Source: Centroscyllium fabricii | Lineage: Eukaryota | Direction: 5' to 3' | DNA: 64,000 nucleotides | Assembly (NCBI GenBank): GCA_051313645.2 | Contig: JBNRSN020000017.1 | Coordinates: 63,674,001 to 63,738,000 of the forward strand | In this document: positions 24,546 to 37,352 of the stretch, piece after piece | How the letters are laid out: every line of letters begins with the position of its first letter | How positions within the stretch are numbered: position 1 is the first letter of the stretch | The notes under the pieces: generated by a model | What the model saw: only the letters and a program-made list of their open reading frames with translations | Told to the model about the DNA's origin: nothing | Databases searched by the model: none | Position numbers and translations under genes: made by a program

Positions 24546-24880
24546 CAGGTCCACAACCCCTTATCTGTAATTCCGAAATTCAAAGCTCTGAACCGAAGTT
24601 TTTTCGTGGAGCGTCACTCGTGTGCACGACATGACCAGAGTTGTGCCAAACATGACCCGACGCTTGACCCACGCAGGTGTGAGGCGTCAGTTGTGTCTCA
24701 GCGCTGCTACCAGTCAGTCACACGTGCTTCTGCTGCTCTGATATTTTTTGTTATTTTGTGATTTTTGAGTTCAATTTCACTGAAAATGTCAGGGCTGCAG
24801 ATACCCCTACCGTTCTGAAATCCAAAAAATTCTGAAACACATCTGGCCCCAAGGGTTTCCAATAAGCGATTGTAGACCTG
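24546..24880. mobile_element. Tigger4/MER46-like MITE
   Basis: TA TSD; TIR caggtccacaaccccttat / ataagcgattgtagacctg. Confidence 0.8.
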
Positions 24881-25499
24881 TACTTAGTTGTGAAAGCAAG
24901 CTTTTTGATATTTCCTTGTCTCAGTTCAAATTTCTAACTGGAGTAGGTATAACTGTTGACCCATATATGGGCTCTTCAGTGAATTTCTGCTAGGCAGTTG
25001 ATGAGTTCTGCCTAGTGGAAACACTGATGAATATTGATTTCATGTCTTTTTTTCCTCACTGATGCATTAAGTTGAGAATTTATCAATGTTTCTAGGATTT
25101 GAGTTCTAAGTATTGCAGAGAAATTTAAGGATTTTACTGTAATCTAGTGAAAGCGTCTTTGTTCTACTTCAAACTAGTTCATTTCTAGCCTGAGCTACAT
25201 CTCCCAGTTATGGTTCTGTCAGGAGAGTACAAGGAGTTTTGCGCTATTTTAAGCTTCTCGCCAGCCTAGAGAGTTGTATAGTTTGTGTGAAAGATCACAC
25301 TCCTATTAGGGAGTTGGTGCTTGCCTGTGGAAGCAGTCCTTTGCATTGGCCCAAGAAAAAGTATCTGAGATCCTGAATCGTAACAGGCCTGTTGAAACCT
25401 TCAATTTAAAAGTTGTGGGGTGTTGGTTCACCGGTCACTCTGCGGAGCTGCTGATTTTGGTCATGCCATGTGGAAGGAGCCATTGAGAATGGAGGTTTC

Positions 25500-25722
25500 T
25501 CATGCACCCGCACGACTAGATTTCAGAACAGCTTCTTCCCCAGGGCTGTCAGCCTCCTGAACTCTAAAAAGAAACTCCGGTACCTGCACGCCTGATAATG
25601 TACTTCACTGTATGCAATTTGCATGTAATTTATTTATTTTATTTGCACTACTCTCAGGAGAGTCGAGTCTTCCTCTCGTTGTATTGTACTAGTACTCTGC
25701 AATGACAATAAAACTTGAATTG
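25500..25722 (+). mobile_element. Rex1/Babar-like LINE 3' end
   Basis: Translates RTTRFQNSFFPRAVSLLNS; tail tcgttgtattg...caatgacaataaaacttgaattga. Confidence 0.8.
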
Positions 25723-25820
25723 AGATGGGGGAAGGAAACTTAGTCTTCTCAACCCTCAAGTAGCTACTGGTGATCAGTGTAATGGATTCCAAATTGGGTA
25801 CAATAGTCCTTTATTTCAAA

Positions 25821-25907
25821 CACAAGCAAGTATTAATACTTTTAGTATTTAAGCACTAATTTACACAAGCGAGTATTAATACTTTTGGTATTTAAGCACT
25901 AATTTAC
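25821..25907. repeat. 43-bp tandem duplication
   Basis: cacaagc(a/g)agtattaatactttt(a/g)gtatttaagcactaattta twice. Confidence 0.9.
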
Positions 25908-25954
25908 AAACTAAAACTATTACCCCGTTCCTCCTCTGGGTAGAGCACGTAATC

Positions 25955-26940
25955 AGAGTCATACAGCACAGAAAGAGGCCCTTCGGCCCATCGCGTCCGC
26001 GCCGGCCATCAAGCCCTGTCTATTCTAATTGCATTATCCTGCATTTGGTCCGTAGCCTTGTATGCTATGGCATTTCAAGTGCTCGTCTAAATGCTGCTTG
26101 AATGTTGAGGGTTCCTGCCTCTACCATCCTTTCAGGTAGTGAGTTCCAGAGTTCAACCACCCTCTGGTTGGAAAAAGTTTTTCCTCAAATCCCCTCTAAA
26201 CCTCCTGCCCCTTACCTTGAAACTACGCCCCCTTGTTATCTACTCCTCTACTAAGGGGAAAAGTTCCTTTCCATCTACCCTATCTGCCCCTCATAATTTT
26301 GTACACCTCACAGGTCCCCCCTCAACTTTCTCTGCTCCAAGCAAAACAGCCCCAGCCTGCCCAGTCTCTCTTCATAGCTGAAGCGCTCCAGCCCAGGTAA
26401 CAACCTGGTGAATCTCCTCTGCACCCTCTCCAAAGCAATCACATCCTTCCTAGTGTGGCGACCAGAACTGCACGCAGTACTCCAGCTGTGGCCTTACCAG
26501 CGTTTTTTACAGCTCCATCATAACCGCGACGATAACAAAAATACTGCAGATGCTGGAAATCCCAAACAAAGTGCTGGAAAACTGCTGAGTTTTTCCAGCA
26601 TTTTCTGTTTTCCATCATAACCTCCCTGCTCTTGCCTTCATTAGCCGAGGCATAGAATATAGGTATCCCATATGCCTTTTTATCCACCTTATCCACCAGT
26701 CCCGCTACCTTCTGGGATCTATGTACATGCGCACCAAGATCCCTCTGATCCTCTGTCTTTCCTAGGGTCTTACCATTCATTGTGTATCCCCTTGCCTTGT
26801 TAGTCCTACCAAAATGCATCAGCTCACACTTTTCAGGATTAAATTCCATTTGCCACTGTTCTGCCCATCTGACCAACCCATCTATATTGTCCTGCAGGCT
26901 GAGGCTTCCCTCCTCTCTATTTACCATCCCACCAATTTAC
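25955..26940 (-). mobile_element. CR1-clade (HER1-like) LINE 3' fragment
   Basis: ORF 26439-26927 contains WQMEFNPEKC..DLG; reverse complement of 28930-29930. Confidence 0.92.
26526..26610. mobile_element. Penelope-like fold-back insert, family B (minimal), nested in a LINE
   Basis: TSD tccatcataacc at 26514-26525 and 26611-26622; tgctggaaaact / agtttttccagca inversion. Confidence 0.78.
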
Positions 26941-27561
26941 GTATCTGGGTAGTCCAGCTGCCCCTTCCGGTGCTGCATCTCAACCTCTTACAATCAGAAG
27001 CTGCTTCATGTGTTCTTGTACCCCTTTCAGCCACGTGACCCCCAAACCATCAAAAATGTTGTGGTTAGCTCGTCCCCAGTTTCACCTTCACTTATTGGGC
27101 AGTGTGTATACTGTCTGCTTTCTGATTTGGTTGCTTGATCAAGGTAAACATTTGTTTCCTTTTGGCATATCAGAAGAACATGAGATGTCTCATTCACAGC
27201 CCAGATGTTTAATGTGATCAGGGGCAATCTGTTTACCAGTTGTGCTTTCCCCATTGTTTCAGGTAATCAGATACTAGCAAACTTCTTTAACTGATGATGA
27301 TCTGCAAATTCAAATCGTCTGTGTTCTGAGTCGGCAGCTTTTTGGTTTAAACTAGGTCTATTTGACTACATTAAGGCAGGATGATAAAGTAGGCAGCAAA
27401 AGATGTCATTTTCTAAATTCTCACACTAGATAGGTTCTGGTGGAAGTTTTACAGCTAGTTGGCCATTTGAACGATTGCCTGCAATTAGTACCTGACCTGG
27501 AAGAATCCGAAGAAACTTTACTAAAATCTGTGTGTTCACCCAAAATTAACTTTTTTCCTGA

Positions 27562-27684
<123 letters not shown>

Positions 27685-28185
27685 TAAAATTCTCCATAAA
27701 ACTGTTGTTGTGGCATTAATCCCAGTTAATTGTATGTTACAGGTATGGTTGTTTTAACATTTCTTGATGCTAATGCATTAATGGTGATATGTGGCTTGTG
27801 ATAATTGCATAATGCAACCAATTAATTGGCAATATGATGTTACGGTGTATTCAATGCCAAGGTCTAGTTGCTTTTTATGATGCATATAGATCTCTTGCTT
27901 ACAGCTTCAGCATAGTCCTTGTAATCTACCTTTTTAATAACTATACAATGGAATAAACTATTGTGAAACAACTTGCATTCTAGTGTGCTGTGCTCGGAGA
28001 TGAGTGTTTTGCCTCATGGAATTTTAAAACTAAGTTTTCAGAAAGTGAACATGTTCCTTAATATGGAGATAACCACTATGAAATTATCTGAAAACTCAGG
28101 ATTGTTCTACTGGAACCATGCAACCAGCTGCTTAACACACCACAACCTGTTGGTGGCTGAATAGCTCTTATGCCAACTGTATTGC

Positions 28186-28345
28186 ACACGGGGATAGGGT
28201 GGGATATGTGTTGATGCAGGCTCGATAGGGATATGGGGAGAGGGCAGGGGTACTGGGTTTGGATGATCAGCCATGATCTCATTGAATGGCGGAGCAGGCT
28301 CGAAGGGCCGAATGGCCTACTCCTGCTCCTAGTTTCTATGTTTCT
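28186..28345 (+). mobile_element. 5'-truncated V-SINE with the alternative CR1 tail
   Basis: Same chimeric junction gcaggctcgat|aggga..gatatgggg as 5508-5878. Confidence 0.75.
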
Positions 28346-28929
28346 AAAATGAAGAACAATTTTTAGTTATGAAAACAAAGAGCTCTTGGTGTTTTGGAGC
28401 TCTGTGATCTCTCCTACCTTTTATGTTCCATCTTTCTAAAATAACAGGAGAGTTATAATGAGCTCCTTTCTGCATTAGTCACTGCACATGTCCCAACCGG
28501 CATTGCGAGGATGGTGGTAGCAAATGTTTGACATTTCTACACTAACAAAAAAATGTCTGAAAGCCTATCTGTTTTTCCCCGGGGGAATTTGTGCAATTTA
28601 AAACATTCTGAGCCCTTTTTGCCAGACTATTGTCTACATGCACTTTGTCGACTTTTTTTCCATTCTAAATTCCTGTGTCCACTTTCTTCATAAAACAAAC
28701 TGCCAATGTCAACGCTATTTTGTATTGCACCATCCCATCAGTGTACCTAAACATTTCCCAGCATGTTTTGCAGAAATTCCTATGTTCCAACCAGCTGCTC
28801 ATTTCTGCTTCCCAAATTGACAACTTTTGCTATTTTAATTATAATAAAGTATCATGGTCTCCTTACCCATTCTTGGAATAGTAAATACACAAGTGTATCC
28901 CACTTACTGGCAAGCTAATCTCTTGACCA

Positions 28930-29930
28930 GTTTTTGTGACTGGAAGCCTGTGTCCAGCAAGGTACTGCAGGGATCGGTGCTGGGTCCCTTGCTGTTTGTA
29001 GTCCATGTTAATGATTAGGATAATTGGATGTAAATGGTATGATCAGTAAGTTCGCTACATGAAAATTGGTGGGATGGTGGATAGCGAGGAGGGTTGGTCA
29101 GATGTGCGGAGCAGTGGTAAATGGAATTTAACCCTGAAAAGTGTGATGTGATGCATTTTGGGAGGACTAACAAGGCAAGGGAATACACAATGAATGGTAA
29201 GACCCTAGGAAAGACAGAGGATCAGAGGGACCTTGGTGTGCATGTACATAGATCCCTGAAGGTAGCAGGACAGGTAGATAAGGTGGTTAAAAAGGCATAT
29301 GGGATACTTGCCTTCATTAGCCGAGGCATAGAATACAAGAGCAGGGACGTTATGATGGAGCTGTACAAAACGCTGGTAAGGCCACAGTTGGAATACTGTG
29401 TGCAGTTCTGGTCGCCACACTATAGGAAGGATGTGATTGCCATGGAGAGGGTGCAGAGGAGATTCACCAGGATGTTATCTGGGCTGGAGTGCTTCAGCTA
29501 TGAAGAAAGATTGGGCAGGCTAGGGTTGTTTTCCTTGGAGCAGCAAAGGTTATGGGGGGACCTGATTGAGGTGTACAAAATTATGAGGGGCATCGATAGG
29601 GTAGATAGAAAGGAACTTTTTCCCTTGGTAGAGGGGTCAATAACCAGGCGGCATAGTTTCAAGGTGAGGGGCAGGAGGTTTAGAGGGGAGTTGAGGAAGA
29701 ACTTTTTCACCCAGAGGCTGGTTGGAATCTGGAACTCACTGCCTGAAAGGATGGTAGAGGCAGGAACCCTCAACATTCAAGAAGCATTTGGATGAGCACT
29801 TTAAATGCAAAAGCATACAAGGCTACGGACCAAATGCAGGAAAATGGGATTAGAGTAGGCAGGGCTCAATGGCCGGCATAGATGTGATGGGCCGAAGGGC
29901 CTCTTTCTGTGCTGTAAATCTATGACTCTA
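28930..29930 (+). mobile_element. CR1-clade (HER1-like) LINE 3' fragment with a 224-aa open frame
   Basis: ORF 29121-29795: [44 protein letters not shown], typical CR1 ORF2 C-terminus. Confidence 0.93.
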
Positions 29931-30222
29931 ATTGCTGCTCAAGCGGTCTTCTCTGATCCAGATAAGTGGATTGGTACATAAATGTGGGCGCACAATTTGT
30001 ATCCATCTCCCCAATTAACAATCCCTACACTAAATATTTGAGACATTTGCAAGATGTGATTAATACAAATGCAAGTTCTCTATTTTCTTTCGAGGTTAAT
30101 ATTACCTGAGTGTGCAGTTTTGCCTTTGCTGTCAGTGTTCTTGCATTGCAAAGCTGGGCAATTGTGCTCTGGGTCAACTCTAGGTAGCAATAGATGAAGA
30201 AAGCAGAAACTTTATAAATAAT

Positions 30223-30967
30223 GGCCCAGAAATTTCAGTCTGCGCATATCGGGTTTAAGCTCTGGTGCGAGCGCACCAGAGCTTAAACCCGCAGGAAGCA
30301 GCCAGTAGCGCAGCTTCGGGTTTTCCTGTGCCGCCCAGCGGGAGTTTCGCTACTTCCTGCGAGGTCCAGTGCAGGAAGCAGCGAACTACGGGATTATCCA
30401 GTCATTCCGATATTTTTTTTAACTTTTTCTACGGACCAAGAGCAGAAAATTCAACGCTGGAAAATAGGAGTCGTAAACACCCGTTTTAATCTGGTAAGTG
30501 TGTATTTTATTGATTTTAGTTGTTTTTTCAGGTTTTTAGTTGTTAACTTTAAAGACAGGTAAGTTTTTTTTTTAGACCTGTTGGAAGTTGAAAACTTTTT
30601 CTGCAAATTTTTATTTTTTCTTTAAAATAGGTTATTTTTGTTAGTTGGGGTAATGTTTAAAAAATGTGGTGTTTGTAAAATTTTATTTTTGTGTTTAGAT
30701 GTCTTTTGGGAATCTCTCCTTTCAAAACTCGCACAGATTTCTCTGGAAGTTTTGAACTGAGAATTGCTTCCACTGATTGGCTCCCTGCCAATCAGGTGGT
30801 CTCAAAAGCCGCTTCGCACTAATTACGCCCTTCAGAACTCGCACGGAGCTCTGACAGGCTGGGCTAACGGGAATTTCTCTGCAAAAAAGCAAAACTGAAT
30901 ATGGGCAATTAAAGTGCGTTAAGCAGGTACTGCACCCGCACGAAGGCTCCACTGCAATTTCTGGGCC
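30223..30967. mobile_element. PIF/Harbinger-like MITE, 745 bp (inverted sister of 21843-22581)
   Basis: TIR ggcccagaaatt; TSD AAT on both sides. Confidence 0.88.
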
Positions 30968-31231
30968 AATAGTTCAGTCTATGAAGAGGTACCATTTAAA
31001 TTGACTTAACTGAAATCTGTACTTCATAGTGGCCATCACTATACAAATAGATGAATTCAGTTCACCAAAATCTGTTTAATTCCATGAGCAAAATCTGATT
31101 ATTTTTTTTGTGCTTCAATGAAATGCTTCTGCAAAACTTGGGGAGATGTGCCCAGCTGTTTTGAAGTTGATGCATATTTGCAGTTTATGCATATTTCCTA
31201 ACCATACTATTTATTTGTTTGCGACAAGCAG

Positions 31232-31261
31232 CCCGAATCGCCTAAACCAGTGAAACATCAG
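31232..31261 (+). CDS. MYH10: MYH10 alternative loop-1 microexon B1/N30, PESPKPVKHQ
   Basis: aagcag acceptor, non-canonical CAG|gcaagt donor; 30 nt, phase 0-0; matches the known NMHC-IIB B1 insert. Confidence 0.95.
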
Positions 31262-32409
31262 GCAAGTGTTGAATGCTGTTCGGTTTAACTCTTTGCAGCA
31301 TGTGATTGACACCTTTTCCAGTTTATTGATTGTTTTATTATTTTGAATCTTTGCACTTGCCTTTTCCTTTACAATTGCTTGGCAAGCTCTTACAGGGAGT
31401 GATTAGGCAGCTTTTCACAAGTATACAAATGGCTACTTGTTTTCTGGTCTCTTTCTAAAATCTGCATTCTGAAGTAAAATTATTTAAATCTGTTATTTGA
31501 GTTGCTACTTTTTAATAATTGGACCCTTTATTTTCAAGGTACAATTTTCATAAGTGTTGACGATTTGAACTGAGTGTTAGACTGAAGACTGTTGAACACT
31601 TCATACAAAATGTATGTGTAATTTTGACCTAAGCTGATTTATGATGTTTTCGGTTCTGAAAACTTGTCATAACTTTGGTAGGAATATTTAATAGTGAACC
31701 TGACACTTCCTTATTTGAAGTAATGATTTTTGAATGCGATTTCCTGCAGAAAATGACACCACGTAGTGCAATGATCTATGTGGCCTAATAGTTTAGACGA
31801 ACACTTGGATTAGATGGTTGGCTCTTTGTGCGGCACATTTCTAGATTTATTTAAAGCAAGTGGTTTAGAAGAAATGAATGATCATTTCAAAAAGGATGCC
31901 CTGAGGAGGGAAGTTATTGTCTGGCCTGTATTCACTTCTTGAATATGTTGTCTTCCCTCTAGTGCTGATCCTAGTCGTGGATATCCTGTTCGTCTCTAGA
32001 AATCGGTGCTTCCTGTTGGAGAGCCTGCATTGTTCAGCTGAAAACTATAAATTCTGTAATCTACTTCCCTTAAATTCCATGCAACAGGGTTGGCACTCTA
32101 TTCCTTTCCTGTGTCATCGCCCCCCCCCCCCTCACAAAATACATCATTGCCAACAGTGGCAACCTGCCAGTCATAATTTAATTGGTAATAATTCAAAACT
32201 GTTCAATGTTAAAATGGTTAGTGTGGCACTCCCATTTCTACAGTAGAAAGTTATAAGGTGCAATAGTATGCAAATTAGTGTATTTACTAACCATGTGTGA
32301 TGGTTCCCTCATGTTGTTCCACATGGATCAAAATTCAGAGTAGTTTATCCATCTTGTCTCTTGGAGGATGATTACAATTCCTACTACTGACATGATTTTT
32401 TTTTTCTCC

Positions 32410-32812
32410 AGTTAAAACCTTCTGTTGCTGAAACTCTCATCCATTCTTCTTTCCTCCAGACTCTACTATTCTCATGCTTGCCAGGCTGGCCTGCTACATT
32501 CCACCCCATAAACCAGAGATCCTAAGGTCTGCTGCCCAAATCCAAACCCGTTCCAGCTGCTGTTCACCCATCACCCCTTGTGCTTGCTGACCTACACTGG
32601 CTCCCAGTCCGCCAACCTCTTGATCTTTTGAAATTCTCATCCTAGTGTTCAAATCCCTCCTATGGTCTTGCCCTGAGGCCAATCACTCTAACTTCCTCCA
32701 GCCCTACAATCCTCCTGATATATCCTCCTTTGTCTCTGTGTCTGCTTACATTTCTACAAAGCACCTTGGGGCATTTTCCTATATTAAATGTGCTATATAA
32801 ATGCAAGTTGTT
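32410..32812 (+). mobile_element. Old L2-like LINE 3' fragment
   Basis: Decayed ITPxLADLHWLP..FEILILVFKSL motif; tail gtgctatataaatgcaagttgtt. Confidence 0.65.
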
Positions 32813-33189
32813 TCTGGAAATGTGGGTATCCAAATGCTGTATTTAAACCCCAGACCTGGTTAGATTCCTACAACAAAAGATTAAGACCAGTGAGTTGTTC
32901 GGGGAGAAGAGGGAGGGTAAAAACAATCCTTATAGTTCTACCCATACCTTGCTGTTTTCTTCATGGCATGGGGTGGAATAGAAATTTATTTAGGCTGAAG
33001 ACCATCTAATGTGTAAAGGAAACATAACTGATTTAAGCATATCATTTTGGAATAATTTACACTTGTTACTTCATTGGTTGTCTTAAGCCCATTGGAAGTG
33101 CAAGAATACTGTGCAGAGTTTGTTTCCTTATCTGAGAAAGGAAAAAAAGGGGATTGGATTAAAAAGACTAGGAACAGAGCGGAACGACA

Positions 33190-36100
33190 GTTTAAAAGGA
33201 CCAGGAGCAGAGAGACTGGCAGGAAAGCAATGGGTGGCCACTGGGTGGAATGGGGGTGGGGGGTGCAGGCAGGTGGTGCAGGAGTCCCCTGCGGTTGTCC
33301 CCCTCTCGGGCAGTTGTGCCATATTTGATGCTGTTGGGGGGGCGGCAGATGGCTTCCTGGCGCCCGGGGTGGTTCTGCGTAGGTGGGAGAGCAATAGTGA
33401 TGGGGGATTCTGTCATAAGGGGAACAGATGGGTGTTTCTGTGGCTGTAGATGTGACTCCAGGATGGTTTGTTGCCTGCCTGGTGCCGGGGTCAAGGTTGT
33501 CACTGAACGGCTGCAGGGCATTCTTAAGGGGGAGGACGAACAGTCAGAGGTCGTGGTTCACATTGGTACCAACAACATGGGTAGGAAGAGGGATGAGGTC
33601 CTGCAACAAGAATTTAGGGAGCTAGGTAGCAGATTAAAGAACAGGACATCGAAGGTTGTAATCTCTGGATTGCTCTCAGTGCCACGTGCAAGTGAGTATA
33701 GGAATAGTCGGATAGAGCAGATGAATGCGTGGCTAAAGAGTTGGTGCAGGAGGGAGGGATTTAGTTTCCTGGATCACTAGGTCTGCTTCTGGGGAAGGTA
33801 GAACTTGTACAAGTCGGACGGATTTTACCGGAACGGGACCAGTATCCTTGCGGGGAGGTTTGCTAGTACTGTGGGCGGGGTGGGGTTTAAACTAACTTGG
33901 CGGGGGGGGTGGAGTTTGCTGGAAGTGTGGGAACCTGGAGGGGATTGGTCGGGGTGGGTTCCGGCCCAGCCAAGGGCCTGGGAAGCCCATGCAATTTTCA
34001 CTTAATTGATCAATTCAATCCCCACGTGCAGGGAGCTGGTGATAATTGACTCAATCGAGTCTAGAGCTCCAGCAGGCTGCGAGGAGCTTGACACAGTTCC
34101 AGGACTGGTTGTTGACTGTTTCCATGGAAACACTCTACTGTGACATCACCGTGGAGTGGAACGAATGGGAAAGGCCAAGTGCTGGTGACTGACAGGTGGG
34201 CGGGCAGGATCCGAATTTTTTGACCGCTCGCAACCGGCTGTCAGCAAATCTGGAAAGGTAAGATTTCTAAGTTTTTGGTCACAGCTGGTCTTGACCCAAG
34301 GGAGTGACTTACTCCTCCAGGGTGCTGAAGGCCTGGGAAGCATTTTGCTGTAGGTCCTTCAACACCTTGAAGGAGTAAGTTAGTAAGACAACTGTGCTCC
34401 TGCTGGGTTTTCACCAGCAGGGCTAGGGTGGGAAGGGGGTGAAAATTCCTAAGGGCCCTTAAAATGGCATTACAGGTGCCAATTAAGGGTCCTTAATGAG
34501 TGGACAAACCATCACCGCTGGTGGGAAAGATACGGGGTGGGGAGACAGGGCGGGAGAAAATGTAAAAGCGGCGGGGATCCGACGGCGGGGTGGGGGGGGG
34601 GGTCGCGACCCACTGGTTCCACTATTTTGCCGTCTGACCTGCCGAAAACCCCGCCTCACGGGAGATGAAAATCCCCCCCCCCCATAGTAGGGGGGGATGC
34701 ACAGCCAAATATAGAAGAAAAAACAAGTCAGCCTGGCAGGCAGAGAAAATATGTGGAGATAAGGGAGTAGGAAAAGGCTGGATGTCATTTATTTTAATGC
34801 AAGGAGTCTGGCGAATAAGGTTGATGAATTGAAGGTGTTGATGAACACATGGGAGTATGATATTGTTGCTATCAGACGTGGTTGGGGGAGGTGCAGAACT
34901 GGCAGCTCGATATTCCGGGGTATGGAATCTTCAAGCGAGACGGGGTGTAAAAGAGGAGGGGGTGTCGCAATATTAATGAGTCAATTACTGCTGTAAAGAG
35001 GGATGATATATTAACAGGTTCCTCAAATGAGGCCATATGGGTAGAACATAAAAACAAAAAGGGGACAAGCACATAGTACCATTATTGAAAAAGGCCAGCG
35101 GGGATAAACACGAACTTTTGGCCATGTGAGCCTAACATCAGTGGTAGGGAAATTATTGGAAAAAATTCTGATACAGAATTAGTCTCCACTTGGAGAGGCC
35201 AGGATTAATTAAGGATAGTCAACATGGCTTTGTCAATGGCAATCATGTCTGACCAATTTGATTGAATTTTTCGAGGGGGTGACTAGGTGTGTGGATGAGG
35301 GTAGTGCAATGGATGTGGTATACATGGATTTTAGTAAGGCTTTTGATAAGGTCCCGCATCGGAGACTGGTCAAGAAGGTAAGAGCCCATGGGATCCAGGG
35401 CACCTTGGCACATTGGATCCAAAATTGGCTTAGTGGCAGGAGGCAGAGGGTGATGGTAGAAGGTTGTTTTTGTGACTGGAAGCCTGTGTCCAGTGGGATA
35501 CCGCAGGGATTGGTGCTAGGTCCCTTGCTGTTTGTAGTCTACATTAATTTAGATATGAACATAAAAGGTATGATCAGTAAGTTTGCAGATGACACGAAAA
35601 TTGGTGGGGTGGTAAATAGCGAGGAGGGAAGCCTCAGTCTGCAGGATGATCTAGATGGGTTGGTCAGATGGGCAGAACAGTGGCAGATGGCATTTAATCC
35701 TGAAAAGTGAGAGGTGATGCATTTTGGGTGAACTAACAAGGCAAGGGAATACACAATGAATGGTAAGGCCCTAGGAAAGACAGAGGATCAGAGGGACCTT
35801 GGTGTGCGTGTTCATAGATCCCTGCAGGCAGCAAGATAGGTAGATTAAGCAGTTAAAAAGGTATATATGATATTTGCCTTCATTAGCCGAGGCATAGAAT
35901 ATAAGAGCAGGGAGGTTATGATGGAGCTGTACAAAGCGCTAGTAAGGCCACAGCTAGAATACTGTGTACAGTTCTGGTCGCCACACTATAGGAAGGATGA
36001 TTGTTTTGGAGAGGGTTCAGAGGAGATTCACCAGGATGTTACCTGGGCTGGAGTGCTTCAGCTATGAAAGACTGGACAGGCTGGAGTTGTTTTCCTTGGA

Positions 36101-36495
36101 GCAGAGAAGGCTGAGGGGGGACCTGATTGAGGTGTACAAAATTATGAGGGGCATAGATAGGGTAGATAGAAAGGAACTTTTTCCCCTTAGTAGAGGGGTC
36201 AATAACAAGGGGGCATAGATTCAAGATAAGGAGCAGGCGGTTTAGAGGGGATTTGGGGAGGGACTTTTTCACCCAGAGGGTGGTTGGAGTCTGGATCTCG
36301 CTGCCTGGAAGGGTGGTCAAGGCTGGAACCCTCAACATTCAAGAGACATTTGGATGAGCACTTGAGATGCCATAGCATACAAGGCTACGAACCAAGTGGT
36401 GGAAAATGGGATTAGAATAGAAACTGTGATGGCTGGCGCAGACACAATGGGCTGAAGGGCCTCTTTCTGTGCTGTGAAACTCTGACTCTATGATG
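33190..36495 (+). mobile_element. Long decayed CR1 (HER1-like) LINE: ORF1 SGNH esterase, endonuclease remnant, RT, 3' UTR
   Basis: ORF 33250-33780 has VMGDSVIR and VVVHIGTNN esterase blocks; FNARSL remnant near 34790; ORF 35258-35710 has YMDFSKAFDKVPH and KFADD; internal deletion near 35075; stops and frameshifts. Confidence 0.92.
33900..34685. mobile_element. MITE-like insert with G-run/C-run ends inside the LINE
   Basis: Interrupts the LINE between ORF1 and ORF2; colinear similarity to 53195-54007. Confidence 0.7.
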
Positions 36496-36995
36496 TACTT
36501 GCCTTGGAAGCGATGCAATGAAGGTTCACTAGATTGATTCCTGGGATGAGAGGGTTGTCCTATGAGATGACATTGAGTAGATTGGGCCTATACTCTCTGG
36601 AGTTTAGAAGAGTGAGAGGGGATCTCATTGAAATATAAGATTCTGAGGGGGATTGACAGCGTTGGATGCTGAGAGGTTGTTCCCCCTGGCTGGAGAATCT
36701 AGAACTAGGGGGCATAGTCTCAGGATAAGATGTCAGTCATTTAAGACTGATGAGGAATTTCTTCCCACAGAGGGTTGTGAATCTTTGGAATTCTCTACCC
36801 CCAAGGGGCTGTGGAAGCTGAGTCATTGAGTGTATTCAAAGCTGAGATCGATAGATTTTTTGGACTCTCGGGGAATCGAGGGACATGGAGATCAGGCAGC
36901 AAAGTGCATTTGAAGTCTAAGATCAGCCATGATCTTATTGAATGGCAGAGCAGGCTCGAGAGGCCTTAGGGCTGACTCCTGCTCCTGATTATGTA
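36496..36995 (+). mobile_element. CR1-clade LINE 3' fragment (tcctgctcct tail)
   Basis: Similar to 3670-4165. Confidence 0.85.
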
Positions 36996-37331
36996 ACACA
37001 TCAGAGTATATTTCCGTTATTACTTAACAATATGATAAATGTTGGCCTCCCTCGAGGTGGTCAGATTCAATTTTGGATTTGCTTTAATCTCTGTCCTATT
37101 GAGCTATGGGAAGAGATGGGTTTAAAAAATGAAAAGCTTCTGTCAGGATTTTGAAATTATAATTAGCTTTTCATTTTATTAAATCCTGTGCATATAGCAT
37201 CGTTTCACCCTTTAAAGTTAGCATGCTTTCTGTTTCTGGTACAGATCAGAAGTAATTAAAGTAAAACTTGTGTTGCCATGTCACTAACATTTTATTTTGG
37301 TATGCTATCTGTTTCTGCCCATTGACTGCAG

Positions 37332-37352
37332 AGTGGAACGTCACTGTTGTAT
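37332..37352 (+). CDS. MYH10: MYH10 second loop-1 microexon, 21 nt, SGTSLLY
   Basis: Branch-like CACTAAC at 37282-37288, ctgcag acceptor, gtgagt donor, phase 0-0; resembles the SGSLLY extension of the 16-aa loop-1 insert recalled from tetrapod NMHC-IIB. Confidence 0.85.

Noticed and set aside
33250-33780. Host SGNH/GDSL esterase gene
   Set aside because: It is the ORF1 esterase of a decayed CR1 LINE, followed by endonuclease and RT remnants.
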